64,000 nt of DNA from Patescibacteria group bacterium (GCA_040390045.1 JAZJZC010000002.1:37113-101112); one strand, 5' to 3'; numbered from the stretch's first letter, positions 46,175 through 56,668 are shown. Notes: generated by a model not told the origin, from the sequence alone. Program-made: numbers and translations.

Positions 46175-46666
46175 TTATTTTCCGACTACAACGCCGAATT
46201 TCTTGAAGTCCGCATAGAGCGTTTCCCAGTTCGGCCAAACCACGAAAACGGTTTGTAGAAGAGGATATTTTGTTTTGTCCTCGACAGAAAAACCACACTC
46301 AACCCCAAGCATTTTATTGTCGTGGCCGAATGATGGCATAAAAGGACAGCGATTACGGGGTTTTCCCATGTCCTCTATGTCGTCTTGGGTAATGAGGCCT
46401 TGTTCGAACGCGGCGCCAAGGGATGTGAATTTGGCCGACTTTTTATACCACTCTGTTTCGTTGGTTGGTTCAAAGAGCTCGAAATCTTTGAATGACACTG
46501 CCGGGCTCCCGTAGGTAACCGGTCCAGCGCTCAGATCAGGAGTATGAGGGTCACCAAACATATCAAACAAAGTGACCGTTTTAAGTTCCGGCCTCGTTTC
46601 CAAGACCCTGAACGTTTCTTTACCGTCTATCCTCCCGAAGGCCTTGTTTTCTCCTACATACACCAT
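46175..46666 (-). CDS. hypothetical protein, GC-rich
   Basis: ORF 46175-46900. Likely start MVYVGENK. No recognised motif. Confidence 0.4.
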   Translation of the reverse strand: MVYVGENKAFGRIDGKETFRVLETRPELKTVTLFDMFGDPHTPDLSAGPVTYGSPAVSFKDFELFEPTNETEWYKKSAKFTSLGAAFEQGLITQDDIEDMGKPRNRCPFMPSFGHDNKMLGVECGFSVEDKTKYPLLQTVFVVWPNWETLYADFKKFGVVVGK

Positions 46667-46975
46667 GTTGTAGACTCGACCCTTTACGAGCTTGGAGTAA
46701 TCTTTTAATTTTTTCACGTGCGAGAACTGTTGTCGAACTGGCAATACGATAGAATATATAAGTATTTTTGTCAAGGCATGATATGGGTGGAAGCTAGATC
46801 TTCGGGGGACTCCTCCGTTCTCAACGCTCGAAGACTCACTGCTCTCCGCCACGGGAAAACAAATGTTTTCCCGACCCTTTCTTGGTTCAATTCTCCCCAT
46901 CTCTACCTAATACCTTTTCAAGGTAGTTTTGGAATTACCAAAACAAAACCACCGCCTTCTCAGGCGGTGGTTTAA

Positions 46976-47377
46976 TGGTGGAGATGGGGAGAATTGAACT
47001 CCCGTGCACATGATTGCTCTTTTTGGATCTACATTGTTTAGTCAATTTTTATCCTTGCGGATTTTAAACTCTGAAATTTTAAAATTAACAAAATGTTTCA
47101 GTGTCGATTCTCTTTGGTTAAAGCGTGTTACGAGAAGGGAACACACTCGATTCCGAGGTATGAACGCTTATGTGTGCCTATCGGACGTTGGCACAATAAT
47201 CGTCGCTTAGGCTAATGCGTAAGCGAAAGCAAAGTCTCTACCCGCAAAATACGGAGAAAGTTGTTTTGCTTTTGAAAGTAAGTTTTTTGCACTTAACTTT
47301 TCCAGCAGTTTAAGGAATTACTGGAGTTCCACAATGCGCATAAAGATGCTGGTCACATGTCTAGGCCGGTCATCCCC
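46976..47377 (-). ncRNA. ssrA: tmRNA (ssrA)
   Basis: Minus strand begins GGGGAUG and ends GGGAGUUCAAUUCUCCC-CAUCUCC-ACCA: T-arm plus acceptor with the G3:U70 pair and encoded CCA. Candidate tag frame ...GRDFAFAYALA-stop. Lies 46 nt downstream of smpB on the same strand. Confidence 0.8.
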
Positions 47378-47423
47378 CTAGAAAAATTTTAGAGAAAATT
47401 TCTCTAGGCGAAAGGCCGGCCGA

Positions 47424-47867
47424 TTATTGATATTTCAAAGTTCTTTCAATCTCACGTTTTGCCTCGCGTTTCTTGAGATCTTGGCGTTTATCAAATTTTT
47501 TCTTACCACTCGCGATGGCAATATCTAGCTTGATTTTCCTGCCAGTATTATACATCGAAATAGGCACGATTGTCAATCCTTTCTTTTTTTCATTTCCAGC
47601 GAGCTCGGCAATTTCTTTTTTAGTAAGCAGGAGCTTCCTATTTCGCAAGGGGTCGTAATCCTTCGGCGCGTTGTTCGGCTGAAAAGCAGGGATATTGGCG
47701 TTGATGAGGAAGGCTTCGGCGCCACGAATCGAAACATAGGAACCCTCAAGTGAGCCCTGTTTGTTTCTAATAGCTTTCACCTCAAAACCAAGCAGTTCGA
47801 TGCCTGCGGTAAATTTTTCCAATATTTCGTAGTCAAAGCCTACTTTTTTATTCAAAACCAATGACAT
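47424..47867 (-). CDS. smpB: SsrA-binding protein
   Basis: KKVGFDYEILEKFTAGIELLGFEVKAIRN...YNTGRKIKLDIAIASGKKKFDKRQDLKKREAKREIER. Confidence 0.9.
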   Translation of the reverse strand: MSLVLNKKVGFDYEILEKFTAGIELLGFEVKAIRNKQGSLEGSYVSIRGAEAFLINANIPAFQPNNAPKDYDPLRNRKLLLTKKEIAELAGNEKKKGLTIVPISMYNTGRKIKLDIAIASGKKKFDKRQDLKKREAKREIERTLKYQ

Positions 47868-47985
47868 GGTACGGTCATCATATCAAAATTCGGATTCTTT
47901 ACAAAATTATTTCTCGTGGTACTCTGATTCTTTTAAAGAAATCTAAATGAAGGTATAATGCCTTTACATCTCAATTTTAAAAAAT

Positions 47986-49920
47986 ATGAAATTACCTAAA
48001 TTTAATTCCAAAAAAGATCCCAAGAACAATGGCGTGCCAAAGCCCAAAGGTTTTTGGAATAACGCGATTACAACCCTTTTTATTTTTCTGATACTGATGA
48101 CCGTCTATTCTTTTCTGACTGAAGGTGCTTCAAAGACCCCCGTAATTTCTATTTCGCAGATGGCCAGTGATGTCTCGTCTGGATTAGTTTCAAAAATTAC
48201 GGTGCGAGGGGATGCGCTTGAAATTGAATATTTGAAAAATGCAGAAATTAAGGAATCAAAAAAAGAGGAGGGGACAGCGCTTACTGACACATTGGTTAAC
48301 TATGGTGTACCGCTCGCGAAATTAAACACCTTACAGATTGAGGTAAAATCGGAATCAGGAATCGGGTACTGGATACTCAATCTCGCTCCGTTTGTTTTCC
48401 CAATTATTTTTATCTTGGTTTTTGTGTGGTATCTGTCTCGCCAAGTCAAAGGCTCTGGCATGCAAGCCTTTACCTTCGGACAATCGAAAGCTCGAATCAC
48501 ATTTCCTTCAGATAAAAAACAACGAGTAACCTTTAAAGATGTCGCGGGAGCTAAAGAAGCTAAAGAGGAGTTGAAAGAAATTGTAGATTTCCTGAAGAGC
48601 CCGAAAAAATTTCTCGACATTGGAGCGGTTATTCCGAAGGGTGTACTTCTCATGGGTGCGCCAGGAACTGGAAAAACCTTGCTTGCGAGAGCGGTGGCAG
48701 GTGAAGCCGGCGTGGCCTTCTTCTCGATTTCTGGATCAGAATTTGTGGAAATGTTTGTAGGTGTTGGGGCGTCTCGAGTTCGTGATTTGTTTAAATTGGC
48801 AAAAACTGCCGCGCCTTCCATTATTTTCGTAGATGAAATTGATGCAGTGGGACGGGTGCGTGGAACAGGTGTTGGAGGAGGGAATGACGAACGAGAGCAA
48901 ACTCTCAACCAGATTTTGGTGGAGATGGACGGATTTGAACAAAATGAAAAAGTAATTGTCATGGCAGCAACCAACAGGCCTGACGTGCTAGATCCTGCGC
49001 TTTTACGACCAGGAAGATTTGATAGGCGTGTGACCATTGATTTGCCCGACCGTTCTGATCGAGAAGAAATTTTGAAAATTCATTCGGCCAAAAAACCTTT
49101 TGCAGAGGATGTTAATTTGTCGGTGGTAGCCGAGCGAACCCCAGGATTTTCCGGCGCGGATTTGTATTCTTTGATGAACGAAGGCGCAATTTTGGCAGCG
49201 CGAGAAAATCGTACCAAAGTAGCGCAGTTTGATTTGATTCGTTCGATTGAAAAAGTAATGTTGGGTCCTGAACGCAAGAGTCACATTCTTTCTGAACAAG
49301 AAAAAGAAATTACGGCCTACCACGAGGCGGGGCACGCGCTCGTGGCATCGGTTTTGCCATTTGCTGATCCGGTTCACAAAATTTCAATTATTTCACGAGG
49401 CCGGGCCGCGGGTTACACATTGAAATTGCCACTCGAGGATCGAAAACTTCAGTCACGAAAAGAATTTCTCGATGACATCGCGGTTTCTCTCGGTGGATAC
49501 GTGGCGGAAAAAATGGTTTTCGGTGATTTGACCACGGGACCATCGAATGATTTGCAAGTTTCCACTGCGCTGGCGCGAGATATGGTTACCAAGTATGGAA
49601 TGTCGGACAAGATGGGACCAGTGGCGCTCGAAGGCGCGGGCGGACGAGTATTGTTTGGCAGGGGAATGGATGATCGAGAATTTTCAGAGCGAGTTGGGTC
49701 AGAAGTTGACGCTGAAGTTTCAAGAATTATGACTGAAGCTCGCGTGAAGGCAGAAGAAATTTTGAACACCAATCGCAAAGCGCTCGATGCTATTTCTAAG
49801 CGACTGATTGAAGTGGAAAATATCGAACAAGCCGAATACGAAACGATCATTTTGGCGTTCGGAATTATTCTAAAAAAGAAAAAAGTTATTGTACCTCAGG
49901 CGAAGACTATTGTTGGGTAA
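47986..49920 (+). CDS. ftsH: ATP-dependent zinc metalloprotease FtsH
   Basis: AAA Walker [17 protein letters not shown], and HEAGHAL zinc motif. 644 aa. Confidence 0.95.
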   Translation: MKLPKFNSKKDPKNNGVPKPKGFWNNAITTLFIFLILMTVYSFLTEGASKTPVISISQMASDVSSGLVSKITVRGDALEIEYLKNAEIKESKKEEGTALTDTLVNYGVPLAKLNTLQIEVKSESGIGYWILNLAPFVFPIIFILVFVWYLSRQVKGSGMQAFTFGQSKARITFPSDKKQRVTFKDVAGAKEAKEELKEIVDFLKSPKKFLDIGAVIPKGVLLMGAPGTGKTLLARAVAGEAGVAFFSISGSEFVEMFVGVGASRVRDLFKLAKTAAPSIIFVDEIDAVGRVRGTGVGGGNDEREQTLNQILVEMDGFEQNEKVIVMAATNRPDVLDPALLRPGRFDRRVTIDLPDRSDREEILKIHSAKKPFAEDVNLSVVAERTPGFSGADLYSLMNEGAILAARENRTKVAQFDLIRSIEKVMLGPERKSHILSEQEKEITAYHEAGHALVASVLPFADPVHKISIISRGRAAGYTLKLPLEDRKLQSRKEFLDDIAVSLGGYVAEKMVFGDLTTGPSNDLQVSTALARDMVTKYGMSDKMGPVALEGAGGRVLFGRGMDDREFSERVGSEVDAEVSRIMTEARVKAEEILNTNRKALDAISKRLIEVENIEQAEYETIILAFGIILKKKKVIVPQAKTIVG

Positions 49921-50049
49921 GTGCTCAAATTTCAGCTGAATATCGCGCTATAGACAAGTTGACCTTTCTGTGTTGACTTTAGTCTTTTTGCGTTGTAACA
50001 TCCAACACAGGTAGAGCGTTAACTAAGGTAGATTTGCCCCTTGTTTTTT

Positions 50050-50436
50050 ATGAATCTAAAGCAATTTTTCGCCGCATGCGGCGATTTAGTAGACCTTGGC
50101 TGGAAAGCAGAGGTTTGGACCAACGGACTTGTGGTTTTCCGTAGCCCTCGACCTGAGCTCGGTAGCCTAAACCATTGGGATCCCACCTCCGCCGTTTGGC
50201 AGGAATGGACAAGACGTCCGCGCACAGATTTGGAAAGTGACTTTAAGGCCGAACCTCGGTCTTCTAAATTGCGCTACGCTCCCACTGCGGCCGCCGACGA
50301 ACTTGGGGTTTCCCGAACCGATCTCGGTATTATCAATCGCGTGAGTTGCAATTTGCGCGAGCTCGTTGAAGCCGAGGATTGCGACGCTGAATTTCTTTTC
50401 GACACTCTTGGTCGCCCCGCATCTTTCGCATTCTGA
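50050..50436 (+). CDS. hypothetical protein in a GC-rich segment
   Basis: ORF 50041-50436. Local GC well above the window average. Confidence 0.35.
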   Translation: MNLKQFFAACGDLVDLGWKAEVWTNGLVVFRSPRPELGSLNHWDPTSAVWQEWTRRPRTDLESDFKAEPRSSKLRYAPTAAADELGVSRTDLGIINRVSCNLRELVEAEDCDAEFLFDTLGRPASFAF

Positions 50437-50582
50437 TTTCTCAAGCCGTTCTCACCCGAGAGCGGTTTTTCTTTTGTAATTTTTTTCCATACGTTTTTGT
50501 TGCACTATGCAGACTCGAGGTGATAGTATGCCTCGAGAAAAATCAACCACCTCTTGGGTGATCCACGAGGAAGAAAGGTAAT

Positions 50583-51746
50583 TTGAAAACTATTCAGAAA
50601 AATTTTCGAATCGGTAGGGAAATCTACTCTTTTCGAGTGCATGCGTTAAATCATGCGTTTAGGGATTCACATCCACCCATTCCCGCTGTTCTCGGCGATC
50701 CGCAGGAACCCTTGCAAATGTATCCGCAGGAAATTGCAGGATTTGGTCAGGCTGTCGGACCCGGGTACGTTTCTGTGCCGTTTGTATTTCCGCAAGTTGG
50801 AAATCAGCGCTACGGAGATTTTGTTGGGATCGCTGGTCAGCGGGAGTTTGCTCACACGCGGGTTACGATTTCCGACGAACCTCTGCGGTTAGTTCGACCA
50901 ATGCAAGACGTGCGACGTTTCGCAGAATTGGCGCAACTCCTCCGTTTTCCGAAGTCGGACCATTGCGCCTGCGTGCGGGGTTTACATCTCGTCGACGGTC
51001 AGCCCACATTTATTCTGGGATCGGGGCCCTACGAGGAAGTGTTCGCGACTATGAACTCGCAGGGTTTGCGGTTCGAATTGTCGGAGCGACAAAAAGACGC
51101 GGCAGAACTCATCGCCGGTAAGAGGGGGCGCAAGGAACTCGAGTCCCTGGCTCTCGATCTACAGAAACGCTACGGCACTGTCACCGTGAGGCAGGCGGTT
51201 CACAAACACTGTGGCGGGTTGCCCGGTTTTGGCGATGCGGTTGCGAGTTACTTGATTGGGATGGCCGCAATTATCACCACTTCTGACGGTTACGTGGTGT
51301 TTGGGCGCAGGGCCCGACAGCGTGTGTCAGTTAACACGGGCATCAATCTCGCAACTTCCGGTGGTTTCATTTTTGACCGAGAACACATCGAAGGGTTAGG
51401 CTTCGCTCGATTTGTCGTCGATGAAATTCATCGGGAGATGCATGAGGAGGTGGGTTTGCTCGGGAGTGATTGCGCTGTGACTGTCTTGGCACTTTTGCGA
51501 GAAATCGCGCGCGCCGGTAGTCCTGAAATTCTTGCCCTCATCGAGTTCTTTGGTACCTTGCGCGACTTTCTAAAAGTCGTCGAATCGAATCATCATCCCG
51601 AGCAGGATGTCGATGCCATTTTTGCTCTGCCACTGCGGCATGCGCGCCAATTGGTTCACGATCCGAAGGCTGGGAAAGTTCTTCAGCCTAAGGCTTTGGC
51701 GGCACTCATCATGCTCGACCGGCATCTTCGGGCGAATGGCTCGTGA
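50583..51746 (+). CDS. hypothetical protein with a weak Nudix-box-like segment, GC-rich
   Basis: 387 aa. REMHEEVGL resembles the RExxEExGU core of a Nudix box, but the spacing is non-canonical. Confidence 0.4.
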   Translation: MKTIQKNFRIGREIYSFRVHALNHAFRDSHPPIPAVLGDPQEPLQMYPQEIAGFGQAVGPGYVSVPFVFPQVGNQRYGDFVGIAGQREFAHTRVTISDEPLRLVRPMQDVRRFAELAQLLRFPKSDHCACVRGLHLVDGQPTFILGSGPYEEVFATMNSQGLRFELSERQKDAAELIAGKRGRKELESLALDLQKRYGTVTVRQAVHKHCGGLPGFGDAVASYLIGMAAIITTSDGYVVFGRRARQRVSVNTGINLATSGGFIFDREHIEGLGFARFVVDEIHREMHEEVGLLGSDCAVTVLALLREIARAGSPEILALIEFFGTLRDFLKVVESNHHPEQDVDAIFALPLRHARQLVHDPKAGKVLQPKALAALIMLDRHLRANGS

Positions 51747-51831
51747 GTTCTTTATATGTAGTCTACAACCCGTTCCAAATTTTGGCGCGGGTTTTTCTTT
51801 TGGTTGTTTTTGGGGTAGTATTGTTTTAAAT

Positions 51832-51904
51832 ACGCGCGTAGCTCAGTTGGTAGAGCGGTCGACTTATACTCGACTGGTCGGGGGTTCGAGTCCCTCCGCG
51901 CGTA
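51832..51904 (+). tRNA. tRNA with anticodon UAU (Ile2-type), from a manual cloverleaf
   Basis: Acceptor acgcgcg/cgcgcgt, D arm gctc-agttggta-gagc, anticodon arm gtcga-cttatac-tcgac, variable tggtc, T arm ggggg-ttcgagt-ccctc. 73 nt, no encoded CCA. Confidence 0.7.
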
Positions 51905-52070
51905 GCGGAGCGTCATTTTGTGCGCGCGAGGAAGCTCCTGTGGAGCTTTCGGGAGGGGCTCGAACACCGGAGTCATGTTTTTTCAGCAGAAAAAACAGAC
52001 GAGGTGGTGGCCAGACCTAAACGAGCGACGGCGAGTTTAGAGTCGCGGCCGAGTCCAAGCACGCGCACAA

Positions 52071-54233
52071 TTATTCAAAATGTACTCCCTCACCTCGCTT
52101 TGAAACCGCTTCAGCCAAGAGTGGGTAGCGGGAGAGGGTTTCGTCATCAGCGATGAGCCGCGCAGCCTCCAGCCGCGCGGCTTCAACCATTTTCAAATTT
52201 TGTAACGCTTCCATGGCGATATCAGAAACGCCCCACTGCTTGGCACCAGAAAGTTCTCCAGCTCCGCGAAATTTTAAATCATATTCTGCCAATTCAAATC
52301 CATTTTTGGCAGTTTGGACAGCTTTCAGTCGGTCAACGGTTTTAGAAGTTTTAGCTTCCGCGAAAACGTAACAATAGGCTTGGTCGTTGCTCCTGATGAC
52401 TCGCCCGCGGAGTTGGTGAAGCTGTGCGAGACCAAAGCGCTCAGCGCCTTCAATCACAATAACCGTGGCGTTAGGAACGTTTACGCCAACTTCCACGACG
52501 GACGTCGCTACCAAAATTTTTGTCTCGCCCGATTTAAATTTTTCCATGGCGCGATCTTTGGCGTCAGGAGTCATTTTGCTGTGGAGAATATCGATTTCAT
52601 ATTCAGGGAAAATTTTTTCTTGCAACCGTTCTGCTTCTTCCATCACCGACTTGGCAATCATCGCACTTTCTTTGTTTGGATCAGGTAAATTAATTCGTGG
52701 GCAAATGACGTAGGCCTGTCGGCCCGCGCGGAGTTCTTGGCGAATTTTTTCGTACGTTGCTTCTCGCGCGGTCGGCAAAACAATTTCAGTAATGATCGGT
52801 TTCCTTCCGACTGGCATTTGGTCGAGCAGGGTTAAATCAAGATCCCCGTACATGGTAAGCGCGAGGGTTCTTGGGATTGGCGTGGCTGTCATGGAAAGTA
52901 AATGAGGGGCGATGTTATCTTTCCTAACCAGTTTTTGTCTTTGAGCGGTTCCGAAGCGGTGTTGTTCGTCAATAATAACGTACGCCAGATTTTTAAATTT
53001 TACGGCTTTTTGAATAAGCGCATGGGTGCCGATAAGAATGGGAATTTCGCCGTTCGCGAGCCATTTCAAAAGTTGAGTGCGGGAAATATCCGTCCAGCCG
53101 TCAGGATTGACCTTCGAGGGAAATTTTCGACAGCCCGAGCCGGTGATAAGCGCAATTTGGATTGGTAGATGAGAAAAATATTTTATAAATGATTCAAAAT
53201 GTTGTGTGGCGAGAATTTCGGTCGGGCACATGTACGCGGTTTGCAATGCGCCAAAATTTTGCCCCTTTGGTCTGCTGGTTGTTACCGCATACACTGTTGT
53301 GGCTGCCACTGCGGTTTTTCCAGAACCCACATCACCCTCAAGGAGGCGGCTCATGGCATGGCCTTTTTTAAAATCATCAAAAATGGCTTGGTTGGCTTTT
53401 TGTTGCGCCTCGGTTTGTTTGAAAGGAAAACGAGAGGTGAAGGATTCGATTTCTGCAGCCGATTTTTCAATCACGAAACTTTTATTTTTCTGCCAGGCCT
53501 TTTTAGCGCGCTGTTTCCCCAGTTGAATTAAAAATACCTCTTCGAAGGCGAAACGTTTTCGGGCAGATTGCGCGTCAGCAATTTTAAGAGGGGAGTGAAT
53601 CCAGACTAGAGCAGTTTTAATTCCCGGTAAGTTGTATCTCTCGAGAATGTCAGTAGGAATCGGGTCGGGAAAATTTTCTAAAATTCCAGACTTGAAAATT
53701 TTCCCGACCGCGTGGAAAATCCAGTTGGACGTGACGCCACGAGATTCAGGATAGACCGGGTAAAGCGCATGTTTTTCTCCTTCTGCGCCGAAAAGATTTT
53801 CACCGACGCCAATTGGGAGTTTGTCGACAGTTTCAATTTTAGGATTGCTAAAATAGAGCTCTTGGGTTTTCTTGCGTTGCGAAATTTTACCCTCGATGCG
53901 TACGAGCGATCCTTCCGTGGTCATTTTTGCGAGGTATGGTTGGTTAAACCAAACTGCCTTAATCCTCCCTGTGTCGTCTGTAACCCAGCCGTCGGCCATA
54001 CTGATTTTAGTTTTGAAACCTTTGCCGGTTTTCAGCCCTGAGATTTTTCCAAAAACGACCGCTTGCTCGCCAGCCACGAGGTTGGCAATATTTTTCATTT
54101 CCGAAGTGTCGCCATAGCGAGTGGGGAAATGGTACAGCAGATCGAGCACTGTTTTAATGCCAAGTTTCCTGAGCGCTTCTTTCTGAAATTTACTCAGTCG
54201 AAATTGAGTTTCAATACTTTCGGTTTGCAACAT
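52071..54233 (-). CDS. recG: ATP-dependent DNA helicase RecG
   Basis: 720 aa. Wedge/OB N-terminus. Helicase motifs GDVGSGKT and DEQHRFG. Confidence 0.92.
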   Translation of the reverse strand: MLQTESIETQFRLSKFQKEALRKLGIKTVLDLLYHFPTRYGDTSEMKNIANLVAGEQAVVFGKISGLKTGKGFKTKISMADGWVTDDTGRIKAVWFNQPYLAKMTTEGSLVRIEGKISQRKKTQELYFSNPKIETVDKLPIGVGENLFGAEGEKHALYPVYPESRGVTSNWIFHAVGKIFKSGILENFPDPIPTDILERYNLPGIKTALVWIHSPLKIADAQSARKRFAFEEVFLIQLGKQRAKKAWQKNKSFVIEKSAAEIESFTSRFPFKQTEAQQKANQAIFDDFKKGHAMSRLLEGDVGSGKTAVAATTVYAVTTSRPKGQNFGALQTAYMCPTEILATQHFESFIKYFSHLPIQIALITGSGCRKFPSKVNPDGWTDISRTQLLKWLANGEIPILIGTHALIQKAVKFKNLAYVIIDEQHRFGTAQRQKLVRKDNIAPHLLSMTATPIPRTLALTMYGDLDLTLLDQMPVGRKPIITEIVLPTAREATYEKIRQELRAGRQAYVICPRINLPDPNKESAMIAKSVMEEAERLQEKIFPEYEIDILHSKMTPDAKDRAMEKFKSGETKILVATSVVEVGVNVPNATVIVIEGAERFGLAQLHQLRGRVIRSNDQAYCYVFAEAKTSKTVDRLKAVQTAKNGFELAEYDLKFRGAGELSGAKQWGVSDIAMEALQNLKMVEAARLEAARLIADDETLSRYPLLAEAVSKRGEGVHFE

Positions 54234-54335
54234 GGCTTTATTCTATCAGAGCAGGGGAGACAGAAATATAGCAAAATTCTTGATTATGTGGCGTTTTTGT
54301 GTAGGATGGCTGGAGTTAAGTTTGATTTTTAAGTA

Positions 54336-54680
54336 ATGAATAAGGCGAAACTCAACGGAGGACACACGGCGATTTCAAACGGCGCGCCGAAAGTGAACAT
54401 CGACAAACTACCAAGATATGACGCTGATATAGTTCGCGCGGTCGGCATTAGAAAGCGTCGGCCAGTGTTTCCACAGAAACCTAAGCCTGTTGATGCGGGA
54501 TTTGTCCGGATTGCCGCTGTGTTCGGTCGGTATTTTCAATACGGTATCGATGTCACTAATCCTGAGGTCTATCTCGCACTAGCCCAGGAAAAGAAAAAGG
54601 GTGGCAAGAAAATTTTACACGTCGAGCTCATTTTGGTAGAGCGGGGTAAGCTCCCAGCGTGCCGTCAAAAGCAAATGTAA
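54336..54680 (+). CDS. hypothetical basic protein
   Basis: 114-aa ORF with no recognised motif. Confidence 0.35.
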   Translation: MNKAKLNGGHTAISNGAPKVNIDKLPRYDADIVRAVGIRKRRPVFPQKPKPVDAGFVRIAAVFGRYFQYGIDVTNPEVYLALAQEKKKGGKKILHVELILVERGKLPACRQKQM

Positions 54681-54740
54681 TTTCGAGACAGTGAAATTTC
54701 ACTGTCTTTTTTCTTGTTCATTTTTCCGAATCCGAATATT

Positions 54741-54788
54741 CTCACATACACTGATTGTACACGGCCGTGTACAATCAGTGTATGTGAG
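54741..54788. repeat. 48-nt perfect palindrome with a GGCC centre
   Basis: ctcacatacactgattgtacac-ggcc-gtgtacaatcagtgtatgtgag. Confidence 0.6.
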
Positions 54789-55057
54789 GTACTTGAGTTT
54801 TTAAGCGGTTATAGACATACAATGGGAGTGCTGATATATTCTCCAAAGTAGTTAGATTTTTGGAGGAAAAAAGTTATGGCAAAACCACACGGGTCACCTG
54901 CCGATTGGCAGAGGGAATTGGTCGCCGATATTCTGGCACTGAAAAATGATTCGCGAGCTCCGGGACCGGTGAGCCGGAACATTTTGTCGAGTCGCAAGGC
55001 TCTTCGTGTTAGGAAACTCAAACCTGCGAGAAAAAAACGATTTACGTCCGGCCGAAT

Positions 55058-55465
55058 TTAATTCGCCGGATTTTTTGTTACATATTCCAAGAGCTTCGGA
55101 GGAAAACTTTGAATGGCTAATGTCGCGGTAGCGAATAAAATAGTGACGTCTCGGAAAAGTACATCCATAGAGCCGAGATTGAACACCAATAATCCTGCGA
55201 GAGAGAATGTGGCAAAAAGACTTGGAATGAAAATATATTTTCCGGAAAGAATCCAAAGCGCGGTGATAATTTCGTAGACGCCCCACATTTTGAGAAGGAG
55301 AAGTCCTGGAATAATATCCTTCATAAATTTTGGAAACCAGCCGATCCACGCTTGCGGATTAACAAATCCTCCAATGCCAGCGTACAAAAAACAAAATGCC
55401 ACGCCGATTCTCAAAACCAGCCATGCTATTTTTTCTCGTCCTTCTTGTGTTGATATTTTTTCCAT
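55058..55465 (-). CDS. DoxX-family membrane protein
   Basis: 4 TM helices. LRIGVAFCFLYAGIGGF pattern is typical of DoxX. Confidence 0.55.
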   Translation of the reverse strand: MEKISTQEGREKIAWLVLRIGVAFCFLYAGIGGFVNPQAWIGWFPKFMKDIIPGLLLLKMWGVYEIITALWILSGKYIFIPSLFATFSLAGLLVFNLGSMDVLFRDVTILFATATLAIQSFPPKLLEYVTKNPAN

Positions 55466-55506
55466 AATTAATTTCTAACGTACTTACTATCTAACCTACT
55501 TCTTCT

Positions 55507-55926
55507 CTATTTCGCTAACTCTCCAATTTTAAATGACGCTAACATTGCTTCTGGTCGAGGTTCTCCTGCGTGTTGAGTGGTGAAAGCGCTTGTGCCGTCT
55601 TTGCCACAAATTGAAAGTATTCTGGCAGAACCTCCTGGGTGTTTGTAAATCCACGAAGTGAGATCGTAGACTGAGCCGCGAATGGCGCTATAGCAACTGC
55701 TGTCATTATTATGCGTTGCCACTTCTGCAAGCGTAAATGTTTTTGGAGTTTCGGTGGAAGTTGTGGTCGAAGTTGCTACCACAGGCGTTTGCTCGGTCGG
55801 AGTCACTTGATTACTTTTTTTAACACTGGCGAGACTAACGCCAACCACGATGACTGCCGCGATAACAAGACCGATAATATATTTTGACCCGCCGGTTGAT
55901 TGTGTTGGTTGTTGTTCTGGTTCCAT
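55507..55926 (-). CDS. membrane-anchored cytochrome b5-like heme-binding domain protein
   Basis: N-terminal TM anchor. LAEVATHNNDSSCYSAIRGSVYDLTSWIYKHPGG...ICGKDGT matches the cyt-b5 family. Confidence 0.6.
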   Translation of the reverse strand: MEPEQQPTQSTGGSKYIIGLVIAAVIVVGVSLASVKKSNQVTPTEQTPVVATSTTTSTETPKTFTLAEVATHNNDSSCYSAIRGSVYDLTSWIYKHPGGSARILSICGKDGTSAFTTQHAGEPRPEAMLASFKIGELAK

Positions 55927-56048
55927 AATTTAAATAGTATGACTGGTTAATACTTTGATTATACCAGAACTTTTTCTATTAGAAAAAGTCAAAACGTTGT
56001 GGTAATCTGAAGCTTCAAGCTGTAAGCTAGTAGCTGATAGCTTTTCAC

Positions 56049-56185
56049 GGAGAGGTGTCAGAGTGTTGAATTGCGAAGGCTTGGAGCAATTCAAGGCCGG
56101 AGTCCGACGGGACGAGGCGGGGTCGCGAGATTCGCCAGTAGGCGAATACTTGTGACCTAATGTGCAGCTTTTAAAGCTGCAACGG
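56049..56185 (+). pseudogene. tRNA-Ser-derived 5'-half element carrying a ~90-nt insert in the D-loop (E1)
   Basis: ggagaggtgtcagag-[56064-56153 insert]-gacctaatgtgcagc-ttttaaa-gctgc matches the first 45 nt of the adjacent tRNA-Ser but has no variable or T arm. Confidence 0.5.
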
Positions 56186-56227
56186 AAGTTTTGAAACGAG
56201 GCATAAAATAATTAAATACATAATATT

Positions 56228-56317
<90 letters not shown>

Positions 56318-56367
56318 AATGAACCGCAAGAAAGTCTAAATGACTTTCGCGCGGCTCATCATTGCGT

Positions 56368-56605
56368 GGAGAGGGAGGGATTCGAAAGACGGAATCCGCC
56401 TTCGGCGGATGAGTCGGGGTCGCGAGTACTTAGGCTTTTGTTGGTCCGCCGCGGCGGACAACAAAAGACTTAGTAACTTGTGACCGAATCTCGATTCGAA
56501 CAGCGGAGCGAAATTTTTACTAAAAAATTTCGCGAGCTGGTGCCCAGACCAAAATTTTCGACGGAAAATTTTGAGTCGCGGGAGAAACTCCCTCCCTCTC
56601 CGCCA
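56368..56605. other. structured tRNA-Ser-derived element E3, bounded by ggagagg ... cctctcc-g-cca
   Basis: Termini equal the tRNA-Ser acceptor strands. Contains the UUCG hairpin ccgccttcggcgg, a 16-bp hairpin, and the module cggggtcgcgag..acttgtgacc shared with E1. Strand undetermined. Confidence 0.5.
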
Positions 56606-56668
56606 GATTACCAAGTTTGAACCGAAGTAGAATAAGGGTTTTGTGGCCAATTTAATAAAAACAAATTT

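Noticed and set aside
51921-52040. A second, minus-strand tRNA just downstream of tRNA(UAU) (ggctcgaacaccgg resembles an antisense T-loop)
   Set aside because: I could not build a complete cloverleaf with acceptor pairing. It is left unannotated.
56049-56185. E1 as an ochre-suppressor tRNA (anticodon-like loop ttttaaa, UUA)
   Set aside because: It lacks a variable arm, T-arm and 3' acceptor strand. The loop is a 2-nt deletion derivative of the neighbouring tRNA-Ser GCU loop, so it is a truncated or interrupted copy, not a functional tRNA.
56368-56605. Element E3 as the tmRNA gene (acceptor-like ends, encoded CCA)
   Set aside because: A bona fide tmRNA with G3:U70, a canonical T-arm, ACCA and smpB linkage is present at 46976-47377. 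E3 has A3:U70, no T-arm of standard form and no tag-like reading frame.
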